This document shows positions 1 to 9,678 of a stretch of 64,000 nucleotides of DNA, in pieces. This DNA comes from Thermomicrobiales bacterium. Its GTDB lineage: Bacteria > Chloroflexota > Chloroflexia > Thermomicrobiales > UBA6265. Numbering within the stretch: the first letter of the stretch is position 1; every line of letters begins with the position of its first letter. The stretch is taken from assembly GCA_041390745.1 (NCBI GenBank), contig JAWKPJ010000001.1, positions 355,322 through 419,321 of the forward strand, given 5' to 3'. The notes under the pieces are model-generated. The model made no database searches, was not told where the DNA came from, and worked only from the letters and a program-made list of their open reading frames with translations. A program made the translations under genes and the position numbers.

Positions 1-759
1 TACTACCTCATGGAGCGGCAGTGGATTCGCCGCATCGCCCTCAGTTCCTCCGCGCCCGCGACGCGGGTGCGGGTTATCAAGATCTGGGATGAGGTCGAGC
101 AGAAAGTTGGCGACTGGCTGCGCGGCCAACTCACGCTGTGTCTCGTCATCGGCGTCACGGCCACCATCGGCTACGGCGTCATGGGCATCAGCTTCTGGCC
201 GTTGCTCGGCCTGTGGGCCGGCATCACCGAGATTATCCCCATTCTTGGCCCCTGGCTGGGCGGCATTCCGGCCGTCATCATCGCGCTCACGCAATCGTGG
301 GAGAAGGCGCTCCTGGTTGCCGGGTTCGTGGTGCTTCTCCAGCTCATGGAAAACACGATCCTGGTGCCCCGAATCATGCGCGGCGCGGTCGGGCTGACGC
401 CGCTGACGGTCTTCATCGCCATCCTGGCTGGCACCGAATTCGCGGGCGTTCCCGGCGCGCTGTTGGCGATTCCGGTGGCTGCGGTCATCCAGGTGCTGCT
501 TTCCAACTACATCCAGGTCAGGCGCGAAGCCCGGCTGGCCGGGCAAAGCTCGTTGCCGGGGTGGCGCTGGATGCGCGGCTCGATCACGCCGCCCGCCTTC
601 GCCCCGGCAAACTCCGCTCCCGTGGAACCCCCCGCCTCCGGCCTGGATGGTCCTGGCTGGACGCCCGATCTTCTGGCGCGCGCCGCCGGCAGCAACCCCG
701 GCGACAACGACGCCACCAGCCAGGCGGCTGCGCCGCCTGAGACCGTGAGGGACGTGTGA
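1..759 (+). CDS. AI-2E family transporter (PerM/YhhT-like), 5'-truncated at window edge
   Basis: The ORF runs off the window start. Multi-TM hydrophobic protein with AI-2E/UPF0118-like C-terminal core (GITEIIPILGPWLGGIPAVIIAL...ENTILVPRIMRGAVGLTPL). Confidence 0.75.
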   Translation, partial: YYLMERQWIRRIALSSSAPATRVRVIKIWDEVEQKVGDWLRGQLTLCLVIGVTATIGYGVMGISFWPLLGLWAGITEIIPILGPWLGGIPAVIIALTQSWEKALLVAGFVVLLQLMENTILVPRIMRGAVGLTPLTVFIAILAGTEFAGVPGALLAIPVAAVIQVLLSNYIQVRREARLAGQSSLPGWRWMRGSITPPAFAPANSAPVEPPASGLDGPGWTPDLLARAAGSNPGDNDATSQAAAPPETVRDV

Positions 760-1190
760 CCGCAACCGTGGATACCGCCAGGAACGACGCCGAACGCGCC
801 CGGTTGGCCGCGCTGATCTCCCGGCTCAGTGACGCCGACCTCACCCGGCCGCTGCCAACCGGCGAGTGGACCGTGGCCGACACCCTGGGGCATCTGGCCT
901 TCTACGACCGGCGGGCGCAGGTGCTCATGGAGCAGTTCCTGCGCGAGGGCGTGTCTCCCGCCCCCTACGAGTTCCAGTCGCTCAACGATGCACTGTTGCC
1001 ATTGCTGCGCCGCACGCCGCCGCGCGCCATCGCGGAGGAGGCCCTGGCCGCCGCTGACGCGGCAGACGCCGCCGCCGCTCGCGTGTCTCCCGAACTCCTG
1101 GCGGAGATGCAGGCCCGTAACGAGGTCGCACCGGACCGCTGGAAACACCGCAAGATGCACGTCGATGAGATTGAGGCCGTCTTCGGGTAG
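756..1190 (+). CDS. DinB / mycothiol-dependent maleylpyruvate isomerase N-terminal-domain family protein
   Basis: 144 aa. GTG start overlaps the upstream stop (GTGA). Motif WTVADTLGHLAFYDRRA is typical of the DinB_2 / MDMPI_N 4-helix bundle. Confidence 0.55.
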   Translation: MTATVDTARNDAERARLAALISRLSDADLTRPLPTGEWTVADTLGHLAFYDRRAQVLMEQFLREGVSPAPYEFQSLNDALLPLLRRTPPRAIAEEALAAADAADAAAARVSPELLAEMQARNEVAPDRWKHRKMHVDEIEAVFG

Positions 1191-1379
1191 CCGCCTGCCA
1201 TCGAGGTCGGACTGACCAACGCGGCGTGCGGATGCGTAGGCCAGGAGCCCGAGCACTGCCCCTGCCAGCGGATCCGGGCTAGCGGTGCGCCCGGCCCCAC
1301 CTGCGGTTGACACATGAGGACCGGGACATACACTCACCGACATGAGGATCGAACGCTCAACCCTGAGAGTTCAGGCAAC

Positions 1380-2183
1380 ATGACCCAGTCCGGAGCGCCA
1401 CCGCCTGGCGCTGACCAACCCTACGTCCTGCAACGGCAGCAGGGGCTGTCGGCACACGCGCAGATTGAGGCCGAGATCGCGCGTCGCATTGAGAGCGGCA
1501 TCCTGCGCCCAGGCGACCAGATCCCCCCGGAACGCGAACTGGTGGAGCAGATGCAGGTCAGCCGCATGACGCTGCGGCAGGGGCTCACCCGGCTCGTGGA
1601 TCGCGGCCTGCTCGAACGGCAGCGCGGGCGGGGCACGTTCGTGCGTGAGCCGAAACTGGTCCACAGCCTCTCCAACCTGACTGGTCTGCACGGTGAATTG
1701 CTCAGCCAGGGAATCACGCCTGCCGCGCGCCTGCTCACCCGCGCCGAGATCCCGGCGCCACCGGCGGTGGCGGATCTGCTGGAAATCGCCGAGGGCGATC
1801 CGGTCTACTGGATCACCCGACTCCGGCTCGGGGCTGGTGTCCCGATTGCCCACGAAACATCCTATTTCCCGGTCCACCTGGTGCCCGGTCTGCTGGATGA
1901 GGACCTGGAGACCGGGTCCATTTACGAACTGATGGGGCGCTACGCGGCCCGCCCGGTCGGCGCGCGGCAATCGCTCGAGCCGGTGGTCGCGCGCGCGGAG
2001 GAGGCGGCGCTGCTCGACATCACTCCCGGCAGCCCCGTCATGCTCATCGAGCGCATCGCGCGCGATGCACAAGACCGCGCCGTCGAGTACGCCAAGGATC
2101 TCTACCGTGGCGACCGCAGCCGTTTCCTGGCAGAGTTGACCTACAAGCAAAACGGCTGGACCGACGACAGCTTCCGGCGGTAG
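1380..2183 (+). CDS. GntR family transcriptional regulator, HutC/UTRA subfamily
   Basis: N-terminal GntR wHTH (ERELVEQMQVSRMTLRQGLTRLVDRGLLERQRGRGTFV) plus a C-terminal UTRA-like domain. ATG at 1380 is in frame with the 1314 ORF. Confidence 0.85.
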   Translation: MTQSGAPPPGADQPYVLQRQQGLSAHAQIEAEIARRIESGILRPGDQIPPERELVEQMQVSRMTLRQGLTRLVDRGLLERQRGRGTFVREPKLVHSLSNLTGLHGELLSQGITPAARLLTRAEIPAPPAVADLLEIAEGDPVYWITRLRLGAGVPIAHETSYFPVHLVPGLLDEDLETGSIYELMGRYAARPVGARQSLEPVVARAEEAALLDITPGSPVMLIERIARDAQDRAVEYAKDLYRGDRSRFLAELTYKQNGWTDDSFRR

Positions 2184-2374
2184 ACCGCACCCGCTCGTCG
2201 CGAATCAGCCCTGGGTCGCCGCCACCCCCTGCACCAGGATCGACTGCGCGGCTGTTTCCCGATTGGCTGTCGCGACCGCTTGACCCTGATAGCCTGGTCC
2301 ATACAATTGGGGCGCGCGCACGACTCCACCCGGACGCGATGCCAGAACGTGCCTTCAGTTTCCGGGAGTGCCGC

Positions 2375-4993
2375 ATGTCCAGCTTGAGTGCGCCTTATCG
2401 ACCCACCGTGCCTACGCCACTTACCTCGCTTGTCGGCCGCGAGCGCGAGCTCGATACGCTGACCCGATTGCTGAGTCAGGGCGATCCGCGTCTCCTGACC
2501 CTGACCGGCCCCGGCGGAGTTGGCAAGACCCGTCTGGCTATCGGCGTCGCGTCGTCCCTGGGCGACTCCTTCGCCGGCCGCATCTGGTTCGTGCCGCTCG
2601 CCGCTCTTGACGACCCCAGCCTCGTGCTGCCGGCTATCGCACAGGCTTTGGGTGTCCGCGCGAGCGGGCGGCATGTGCTGCTGGACGAAATCTCCCGCGC
2701 GCTTGGCAACGAGCCAGCCCTGCTGGTTCTGGACAACTTCGAGCAGATCATCGAGGCCGCGCCCATGGTGGTAGCGCTGCTTACGCGCTGCCCACGCCTG
2801 ACCTGCCTGGTCACCAGCCGCTCGGTCCTGCGCCTCTCCGGGGAGCATGTGTTCCCGGTGCCGGCGTTGCCGCTCCCGCCCGCCGCTCACGCATCGTCGC
2901 TCGCTCGGGCTGCCGCGTCGCCAGCCGTCCAGTTGTTCGTCCGGCGCGCGCAGGCGGCGCAACCCGAGTTTGCGCTTACTGAGGCGAATGCCGCTGACAT
3001 CGAAGCGATTTGCCGCAAGCTTGATGGCCTCCCGCTCGCCATCGAGTTGGCCGCTGCCCGCGTCCGCCACTTTGCGCCACCCGAGCTCCTGGCCCGGCTG
3101 AACGCCACCGGCGAAGCCGCCATGCTGCGCGTCCTGACCGGCGGCCCGCGTGATGCGCCCGCCCGGCAGCAGGCACTGCGCCACGCCATTTCGTGGAGCT
3201 ACGACCTACTCTCCCCGCAGGAACAGGCGCTCTTTCGCCGCCTCGCGGTCTTCGTGGGCGGCTTCACGCTCACCGCCGCGCAGGCTGTGGCAGCAGACCT
3301 CTTCGACGCTTCCCATGACGTGGCCGACGGCATTGCCTCGCTCCTGGACCAGAGCCTCATCCAATCCCTCGGGAGCACACCCGGCTGCACCCGGTTTGGC
3401 CTCCTGGAGACGATCCGCGAGTTCGCGCTCGAACGCCTGGCGACCGATCCCGAACGCCTGAATGCGCAGGATGCCCACGCCGCCTGGTTCGCGGCGCTTG
3501 CCCAGCGCGCCATCACGGCCCCCGCGTCCAACGAGCAGCCAGCCAGCCTCTCCCACCTGCAGGTGGAGCACGCCAATCTCCGCGCCGCGCTGACCCACGC
3601 CGAGCAGCAGGGCGACCTGACCCGCGGCCTCGGCATCGCAGCGTCGCTCTGGCGCTTCTGGCATCTGCACGGCCACTGGCGGGAGGGCTACACCTGGCTC
3701 GTCCGCCTGCTGGAGCAGGCTCCCACCGGGGACGGCATTGCCCCGGCCACCTGGGCCATGGCGCAGGCGGGCGCTGGCTGGCTCGCACACTACCAGAATG
3801 ACCACATCCGCGCGGAGCAGGCGCTGGCTCAGGCAGCCGAGGCGTATCAACGCCTCGGCCTCACGGCCGGACTCGTCGATGTGCGCAATTGCCAGTCACT
3901 CGTCGCGCAATCTCTGGGAGAGCATCGCCGCAGCGTCGAACACGGCGCAGCGGCTCTGGAGCTGGCCCGCACCCTGGACGACCCGGGCCTGATCGCCGAA
4001 TCTCTGAGCGGCCTCAGCCGGGCCACCCGCGAACTCGGTGACTACCCGCACGCCGCGCATCTGGCGCAGGAGATCCTGAGCCTCTGTCCGGACAGCGCCT
4101 CCCGCCTGCGAGCCGGGGCGCTCCTGACGCTGGGGGATATCGCGCGCGACCTCGGCGACAGCGCTGCCATCCGCGAGCATTGCACGACCGGAGTCGCTAT
4201 CTTCCGCGCCCTGGGCGAACCACTCGGCGAGGGGTTTGCGCTGCACAACCTGGCGGTTGCGGCGCTCATCGACGGCGATCTGCCGCGTGCGGCAGCCCTC
4301 TGCCAGGAGAGCCTCGCCATCTTCCGGCACGGTGATGTTCAGGGTGCAATCACGGAGGTGATGGCGACCTACGGCCCTGTCCTGCACGAATCAGGCGATC
4401 ACCTGGCCGCGCAGGCGACCTTGCTGGCGGCGTTGCGCCTTTCCCACCAGGTAGGCCCGCGCTGGGTGGCAGCCGCGGTACTGGAGGCCCTGGCGTGCCT
4501 GGACCTGGAACCTCGTGCCGCTGTCAGCCTGATCAGCCAGGCAAGCGCCATTCGCGCCCGCCTCGAGGTGCCCGTGCGCCCCAACTGGCAACCCAGACTT
4601 GATCGCGCGCTGGCACACCTTCAGGCGGCGCTCACGCCTGGCGGCTTTGCTGCCGCCTGGCGCCACGGGAAGCAGCTTGACCTGGGCAGTCTCGCGACGC
4701 AGGCCGACCTGACCAGCCTGGTGCGTCTCGCCGCCAGCCAGGATCATGCGGCTGCGGCCGCTCCCCGGGAGCCGGCTACGCCGGCACGGCGCGAGAACCC
4801 GCACGGCCTGACGGAGCGCGAAGTAGAAGTGCTGCGCCTGATAACCGGTGGCCACAGCAACCGCGAGATGGGTGAGCGGCTCTTCATTAGCCCGGCCACC
4901 GCTGCCCGGCACGTCGCCAATATCTACAACAAACTCGGCGTCGATTCACGCGCCCGCGCCACCGCCTTTGCCTTCCAGCACGGCCTCGCCTGA
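2375..4993 (+). CDS. LuxR-family STAND regulator (NB-ARC-like ATPase + TPR + C-terminal LuxR HTH; LAL-type)
   Basis: P-loop LTGPGGVGKTRLA, LLVLDNFEQ motif, long TPR-like helical region, and a C-terminal LuxR HTH (EREVEVLRLITGGHSNREMGERLFISPATAARHVANIYNKLGV). GGGAG RBS before ATG 2375. Confidence 0.85.
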   Translation: MSSLSAPYRPTVPTPLTSLVGRERELDTLTRLLSQGDPRLLTLTGPGGVGKTRLAIGVASSLGDSFAGRIWFVPLAALDDPSLVLPAIAQALGVRASGRHVLLDEISRALGNEPALLVLDNFEQIIEAAPMVVALLTRCPRLTCLVTSRSVLRLSGEHVFPVPALPLPPAAHASSLARAAASPAVQLFVRRAQAAQPEFALTEANAADIEAICRKLDGLPLAIELAAARVRHFAPPELLARLNATGEAAMLRVLTGGPRDAPARQQALRHAISWSYDLLSPQEQALFRRLAVFVGGFTLTAAQAVAADLFDASHDVADGIASLLDQSLIQSLGSTPGCTRFGLLETIREFALERLATDPERLNAQDAHAAWFAALAQRAITAPASNEQPASLSHLQVEHANLRAALTHAEQQGDLTRGLGIAASLWRFWHLHGHWREGYTWLVRLLEQAPTGDGIAPATWAMAQAGAGWLAHYQNDHIRAEQALAQAAEAYQRLGLTAGLVDVRNCQSLVAQSLGEHRRSVEHGAAALELARTLDDPGLIAESLSGLSRATRELGDYPHAAHLAQEILSLCPDSASRLRAGALLTLGDIARDLGDSAAIREHCTTGVAIFRALGEPLGEGFALHNLAVAALIDGDLPRAAALCQESLAIFRHGDVQGAITEVMATYGPVLHESGDHLAAQATLLAALRLSHQVGPRWVAAAVLEALACLDLEPRAAVSLISQASAIRARLEVPVRPNWQPRLDRALAHLQAALTPGGFAAAWRHGKQLDLGSLATQADLTSLVRLAASQDHAAAAAPREPATPARRENPHGLTEREVEVLRLITGGHSNREMGERLFISPATAARHVANIYNKLGVDSRARATAFAFQHGLA

Positions 4994-5313
4994 CCCGGCG
5001 CCCATCACGACCTGCTCGTACGGTCCGCTCGACGCCAAGACTGCGCCGGTCCATGACTTCGCCGCCCTCGCGCGAGACAGCCTCGCGCCCCGTCAGACTC
5101 CGCGCAGCGGATCATGCCGGTCGTGATCCTGGGCACAGTCTGGCCGGCCCGGTCGACGTCGCCAGCTCCGGCTCCCGCCCGCTCGCCATGTCGTCCGCCA
5201 TCTCGGCCTGGAGGCGCTCCGGTGCTTCGGAGAGGACTGAGCCCTGGGCCCTGGGCACGGGCATCGCCCTGACCGGCGAACCCCATGGCGGCGCGCGATT
5301 GTCTCGCGCGCTT

Positions 5314-5402
5314 ACAGCGGTGTGCAAAAACCTTGACCGGCGAGGCAAGGTCTCGTGTCTCGAGGGGATTCCCGGCGGCCCACCTTCTCTGCACACCGCT
5401 GT
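5314..5402. repeat. Palindromic intergenic repeat element, copy 1
   Basis: Inverted pair acagcggtgtgca (5314-5326) / tgcacaccgctgt (5390-5402) flanks aaggtctcgtgtctcgaggggattcccggcggccca. The GTGTCTCGAG core and a gaggggattcccg-cggccca-c-tc-ctgcacaccgctg module are shared with the copy at 33303-33345. Confidence 0.5.
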
Positions 5403-5806
5403 AGGTACGCGGTCGCGCTCCCGTCTGGCCACGTATCCCGCACTCAGCCCGGCCGACCGGTTCCTCTGCGCGGCCTGCCGGGAATCCGGTCCTTTCCGTC
5501 AGTTCCGTGTCTCGAATCCGCTCGGCCCTCGGCCGCCGCGTCAGCCTGATGAACTCGCTCGCGCAATCATGGGACGAACGATGCTGCCCGGCCGGCTTCC
5601 ACAGGTTGATTGTCAGGCTGGGCGCGCGTCCCGCCAGCGGCGTCCCGTCTGACCCAACCTTGCTTCACGAGCTTGCCAGATGCCGTCCGCGCCGGGTGTC
5701 CCTGCCAGACGACGAGGCATCGCGAGGTTCGCGATCAGCCTTGCCAGCCCGCGTGTTCCAGGCGAACGACGGCGCGCCGAGTCAGTTTCCCGGCAGCCTG
5801 CTGCAA

Positions 5807-6085
5807 CTACGGACGCGGCTTCGGCGGGCGGATCAATAGCTCGATCCAGCCATCCAGAATCTCGAAGACGTACCCCCCGACCGTGACGATGGCGGGCGAA
5901 CTGATCTCACCCCAGCGGACATCCACGGCGTGGCCGTCAACGATGATCTCGCGGCGGCCATCCGGGCTGAAAGCCTGCCGGGGGCTGCGGTAGATCATGC
6001 GGGCGCCCCCGGCCAGATCGACAGCAGCCTGCGCGAGCCGGGTGGCCTCCGTTTCCGTCAGCCGCCTGGGGGTGTTCTCTGACAT
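5807..6085 (-). CDS. Hypothetical small protein (92 aa)
   Basis: ORF MSENTPRRLTETEATRLAQAAVDLAGG... lies downstream of, and on the same strand as, the MFS gene. No recognisable domain. Confidence 0.3.
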   Translation of the reverse strand: MSENTPRRLTETEATRLAQAAVDLAGGARMIYRSPRQAFSPDGRREIIVDGHAVDVRWGEISSPAIVTVGGYVFEILDGWIELLIRPPKPRP

Positions 6086-6258
6086 GCGTTTCAGGCTCCT
6101 GGAACCTCGACGAACGTAGGTGGCGTACAAGACGCGGTGGAGACGGCTGCCTGGCCCTGTCGCGGTGTCCCGCGTGACGCCAGGAGACCCCGGCGGCGAT
6201 CGTCGCGCACCGGGATCCTGGTGCAGGCTCAAGACCCTGGTGGCAGCCATGCGCATCT

Positions 6259-7545
6259 TCAGGCAACCGTGACCGGCTCCCTTGCGGGCAATGTCCGCAT
6301 CGTGCGCACCGGTGAGAACCAGATCGCCAGAAAGGCGGCAACCCCACCCAGCGCCGCGAAAACCATCACCCCGCGCAGCCCGATGCGCTCCGCCAGCAGC
6401 CCGCCAATCACCGCGCCCAGCGGCAGCGAGCCGCGAATGATGGTACGCATGGTGGCGTTGCCGCGCCCCTGCATGGACAACGGAATTACGGCCTGGCGCA
6501 GACTGAACTGGTTGATGTCGTAGATCGGGATTGAGACACCCGCCAGGAAGAACCCCGCCGCCGCCATGGCCGTGGCCTGCAGCGGCGGTCCACTGGCCAG
6601 CGCGGTCAGGAGTTCACTCGGCGTGGCCAGCACAATGCCGGCCAGAATGGCGCGGCCCAGGCCAAGCCGCTGTGCAAATCGTTGCGGCAGCAGCGAGCCA
6701 ATCAGGTAGCCCGCAGAGCTGGCCATGAACACCACGCCGATGACACTCGCTTCGAGCCCAAGCGTGCGGGTCATGAACAGGATCAACACAGCCCAGCGCG
6801 CGCCGTCGAACATGTTCCAGAGGCCGGTGGCCAGGGCTGTTGCCCGCAGCACGGGGTCGCGGACAACCAGGCGCAGGCCGTCCAGTAGCTCCCGCACGAA
6901 GTGCGGCTGCGCCTCATCCTCGCGGAGGGTGGTCTCCTGCTCATCGGGTCGCATGCCAAAGAGCATGACCGCCGAAACGAGGTACGAAACGGCATCGACG
7001 AGAATGGCGAAGGGCGCGGTGATGACCTGCACCAACCAGCCGGCCACGCCGGGCCCGGCGATTTCGGCAATGCTCCACCCGGTGTACAGCCGGGCGTTCC
7101 CCTCGGCCAACCGCTCGTCGCGCAGGATCATAGGCAGCAGCGACTGGGAGGCGATGTCGAAGAAGACGCTTAAACACCCGACCAGGAACGCCACGGCAAT
7201 GAGCAACTCAATGCGCAAGACACCCAGGTACCAGGCCACCGGCAGGGCAAGCAACAGCACGCCCCGCACAAGGTCCGTCGCGATCATGACCGGGCGCTTC
7301 GTGCGGCGATCCAGCCAGGTTCCGGCCAGCAGCCCCAGCAGCAGAATCGGCAGGCTCTCTGAGGCGACCAGCAAGCCCATCTCTGCTGGCGTCGCCTGCA
7401 GGGTCGTCGCGGCCAGCAGCGGCACGGCCAGGCGCGTGATGGCGCTGCCGAACGCGGAGACAACGGACGCGCTCCACAGCCGCGTGAAATCCGCCGAATT
7501 CCAGACCCCGTGCCGCCAGAACGCGATGCTCGCGGGCAGGCTCAC
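6259..7545 (-). CDS. MFS transporter (EntS/enterobactin-exporter-like MFS_1)
   Basis: 428 aa, about 12 TM helices. MFS motif-A-like GTWLDRRTKRP. Start ATG overlaps the stop of the upstream oxidoreductase (ATGA). Confidence 0.85.
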   Translation of the reverse strand: MSLPASIAFWRHGVWNSADFTRLWSASVVSAFGSAITRLAVPLLAATTLQATPAEMGLLVASESLPILLLGLLAGTWLDRRTKRPVMIATDLVRGVLLLALPVAWYLGVLRIELLIAVAFLVGCLSVFFDIASQSLLPMILRDERLAEGNARLYTGWSIAEIAGPGVAGWLVQVITAPFAILVDAVSYLVSAVMLFGMRPDEQETTLREDEAQPHFVRELLDGLRLVVRDPVLRATALATGLWNMFDGARWAVLILFMTRTLGLEASVIGVVFMASSAGYLIGSLLPQRFAQRLGLGRAILAGIVLATPSELLTALASGPPLQATAMAAAGFFLAGVSIPIYDINQFSLRQAVIPLSMQGRGNATMRTIIRGSLPLGAVIGGLLAERIGLRGVMVFAALGGVAAFLAIWFSPVRTMRTLPAREPVTVA

Positions 7546-8807
7546 GCGAAGCGCGCGGGATCAAAGGGACGCGCCACCTCCGGCAGCGCCCCTGTCGTGA
7601 GCAAGTCGGCGACGGTCTCACCGGTCGCAGGCGCCAGTGTCACGCCCATCATGGCGTGGCCACTCGCCACGGCAATATCCCGGTAGCCGGGCAGCCAGCC
7701 GATTACTGGCAGGCCATCAGGCGTCATGGGCCGCATCCCGGTCCAGACGCGGACACCGGGGCCACTCGTGGGCGTGGGATCGGGCCAACCCCGCAGCGCC
7801 CAGGCCGCGTTCCTGGCAATCGCGGCCACCCGCTCCTTGCGCAACGTGTGGTTGATTCCGGAGAACTCCATGGTCCCGGCCAGGCGGATCATGCCGTTCA
7901 ACGGCGTTATGGCTACCCGTGTCTCGTGCAGGTAGAGCGGCCGCCGCACTGGCTCGACCAGGGGCTGTGGCGCGAGGTCGATGCTGTACCCCTTGCCCGC
8001 AGTGACCGGAACCGGCGCCTGCAACGGGCGCAACAGGCCGGCGGTCCACGCGCCAGCCGCCACCACGATCTGCGACGCCGTCTGGCGCTTGCCGCCGGCG
8101 AACACCGCCGAGGCCCGGTTGCCGCTCGTTTCGATCCCGGACACCTCGACGTCGCGCAGTTCAACGTCGTGCTGCCGCAGCGCGTCCCGTAGACCCTGCA
8201 CCAGCGTGTCTGGCCGCACGGTGCGCTCCTGCGGCAGCCAATAGCCGCCGGCAACCGTATCGGAGAGCGCGGGCTCCAGGTCCCGCACGTCCGAGCCACT
8301 CATGATGGGGGTCATTTCGAAACCGAAATTGCGGATCGGCTCCAGGGCAGCGTAGTCCTGCGCCAGGGTCTCCGCCGAGCGGTAGGCAAAGAGCAGCCCG
8401 TCCCGGTGCTCTTCATACTCCACGCCGGCTGCGCGCAAGGCGTCGTACAACTCGAAGGACCGCGCCCCGAAGGCGGCGGTGGCGACCATGCCTGCCTTGT
8501 AATCCGCCGCGTTGCAGTGCTGCCAGAAACGCAGGGTCCAGCGCAGGAAATCTGGCTGGCGCATCAGGCGAGGATCGATGTAGAGCGGACTGTCCGAGCG
8601 CAGCATCCAGCGCAATGAGGTGGCAATCAACCCCGGCGCGGGCACCGGCTCCGAGAGTGTGGGCACGATCCAGCCCGCATTGACATGCGAGGCTGCCAGC
8701 TCCGGTGCAACGCCTGCGTACACGATGACCGGCACGCCCCGCTGACGGAGCGCGAACGCGCTGCACAGTCCGATAACTCCCCCACCGACGACAACGACTG
8801 GCTCCAT
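7542..8807 (-). CDS. FAD-dependent oxidoreductase, D-amino acid dehydrogenase (DadA)-like
   Basis: N-terminal Rossmann VVVGGGVIGLCSAFAL. Length (421 aa) and overall layout match the DadA/glycine oxidase DAO family. C-terminal ...VASGHAMMGVTLAPATG. Confidence 0.8.
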   Translation of the reverse strand: MEPVVVVGGGVIGLCSAFALRQRGVPVIVYAGVAPELAASHVNAGWIVPTLSEPVPAPGLIATSLRWMLRSDSPLYIDPRLMRQPDFLRWTLRFWQHCNAADYKAGMVATAAFGARSFELYDALRAAGVEYEEHRDGLLFAYRSAETLAQDYAALEPIRNFGFEMTPIMSGSDVRDLEPALSDTVAGGYWLPQERTVRPDTLVQGLRDALRQHDVELRDVEVSGIETSGNRASAVFAGGKRQTASQIVVAAGAWTAGLLRPLQAPVPVTAGKGYSIDLAPQPLVEPVRRPLYLHETRVAITPLNGMIRLAGTMEFSGINHTLRKERVAAIARNAAWALRGWPDPTPTSGPGVRVWTGMRPMTPDGLPVIGWLPGYRDIAVASGHAMMGVTLAPATGETVADLLTTGALPEVARPFDPARFA

Positions 8808-8826
8808 GGTGATGGTGTTCCTGTTC

Positions 8827-9588
8827 CTAGACGAGGCGCAAACCCGCGCGCGGATCCGTTGTCCGCGCCGTGTTCAGCGTGCGGTTGAGCTCACCCAGCG
8901 ACTGCCGCTGTCGCCCGTGCTCATCGAAGTTCTCCGGCGCCAGCCAGGTCTGGTAGTTGGCGCGCAGGGCCGGCCACTCATGGTCCAGGATGGAGAACCA
9001 CGCCGTGTCCCGGTTGTGCCCCTTGACGATAATGTGCTGGTAGAACGTGCCCTCATAGAGGAAGCCAAGACGCGTGGCGGCGGTTCGCGAGCCGGCGTTG
9101 GCCGCGTTGCACTTCCACTCCATGCGCCGGTAGGCCAATCGGGTCATTGGCTCATCGATCAACAGGAACAGCGCCTCGGTGGCCGCAACGGTTTGCTGCA
9201 ATCCGGGGCCAAACCAGATGTGCCCGATTTCGATAACGCCATTCTTCTCGTCGATTCGCATCTGGGACGCCACACCCTCGGCCTTGCCGCTGGCCTTTGG
9301 CCGGATGGCGAAGAAGAGCGGGTCCGCGCTGGCTTCCTGCCCGGTCAGATGCTTGCGCATCTGGTCCTCGCTTGTGAACGGTCCGTACGGCAGGTAGTCC
9401 CAGATGCGCGTGCGCTGGGGATCGCCGCTCGCGGCCTGGAACAGGTCTGCTGCGTGACGTTCGACGCTGAGAGGCTCCAGCGTGACGTACCGTCCCTCGA
9501 TCACCTCGTGCAACGGACGCTCGCGCGGGTCAGGATCGGGCACCGGCGCGGTCGAGGGCGGAGTTGTTCGAGACAGTTCTGTGGCCAT
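8827..9588 (-). CDS. GNAT family N-acetyltransferase (RimJ/RimL-like)
   Basis: Acetyltransf_3-like core (LEPLSVERHAADLF...IGHIWFGPGLQQT...RMEWKCNAANAGSRTAATRLGFLYEGT). AAGGA RBS before the MATELS start. Confidence 0.75.
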   Translation of the reverse strand: MATELSRTTPPSTAPVPDPDPRERPLHEVIEGRYVTLEPLSVERHAADLFQAASGDPQRTRIWDYLPYGPFTSEDQMRKHLTGQEASADPLFFAIRPKASGKAEGVASQMRIDEKNGVIEIGHIWFGPGLQQTVAATEALFLLIDEPMTRLAYRRMEWKCNAANAGSRTAATRLGFLYEGTFYQHIIVKGHNRDTAWFSILDHEWPALRANYQTWLAPENFDEHGRQRQSLGELNRTLNTARTTDPRAGLRLV

Positions 9589-9678
9589 CAAACATCCTTG
9601 CACGCAACGGTCCGGAGCACGTCGAGACTCCGGCAGGGTGCCGGGAGTGTAAGCGGCAACGAACCCTCCTGCACGCCG

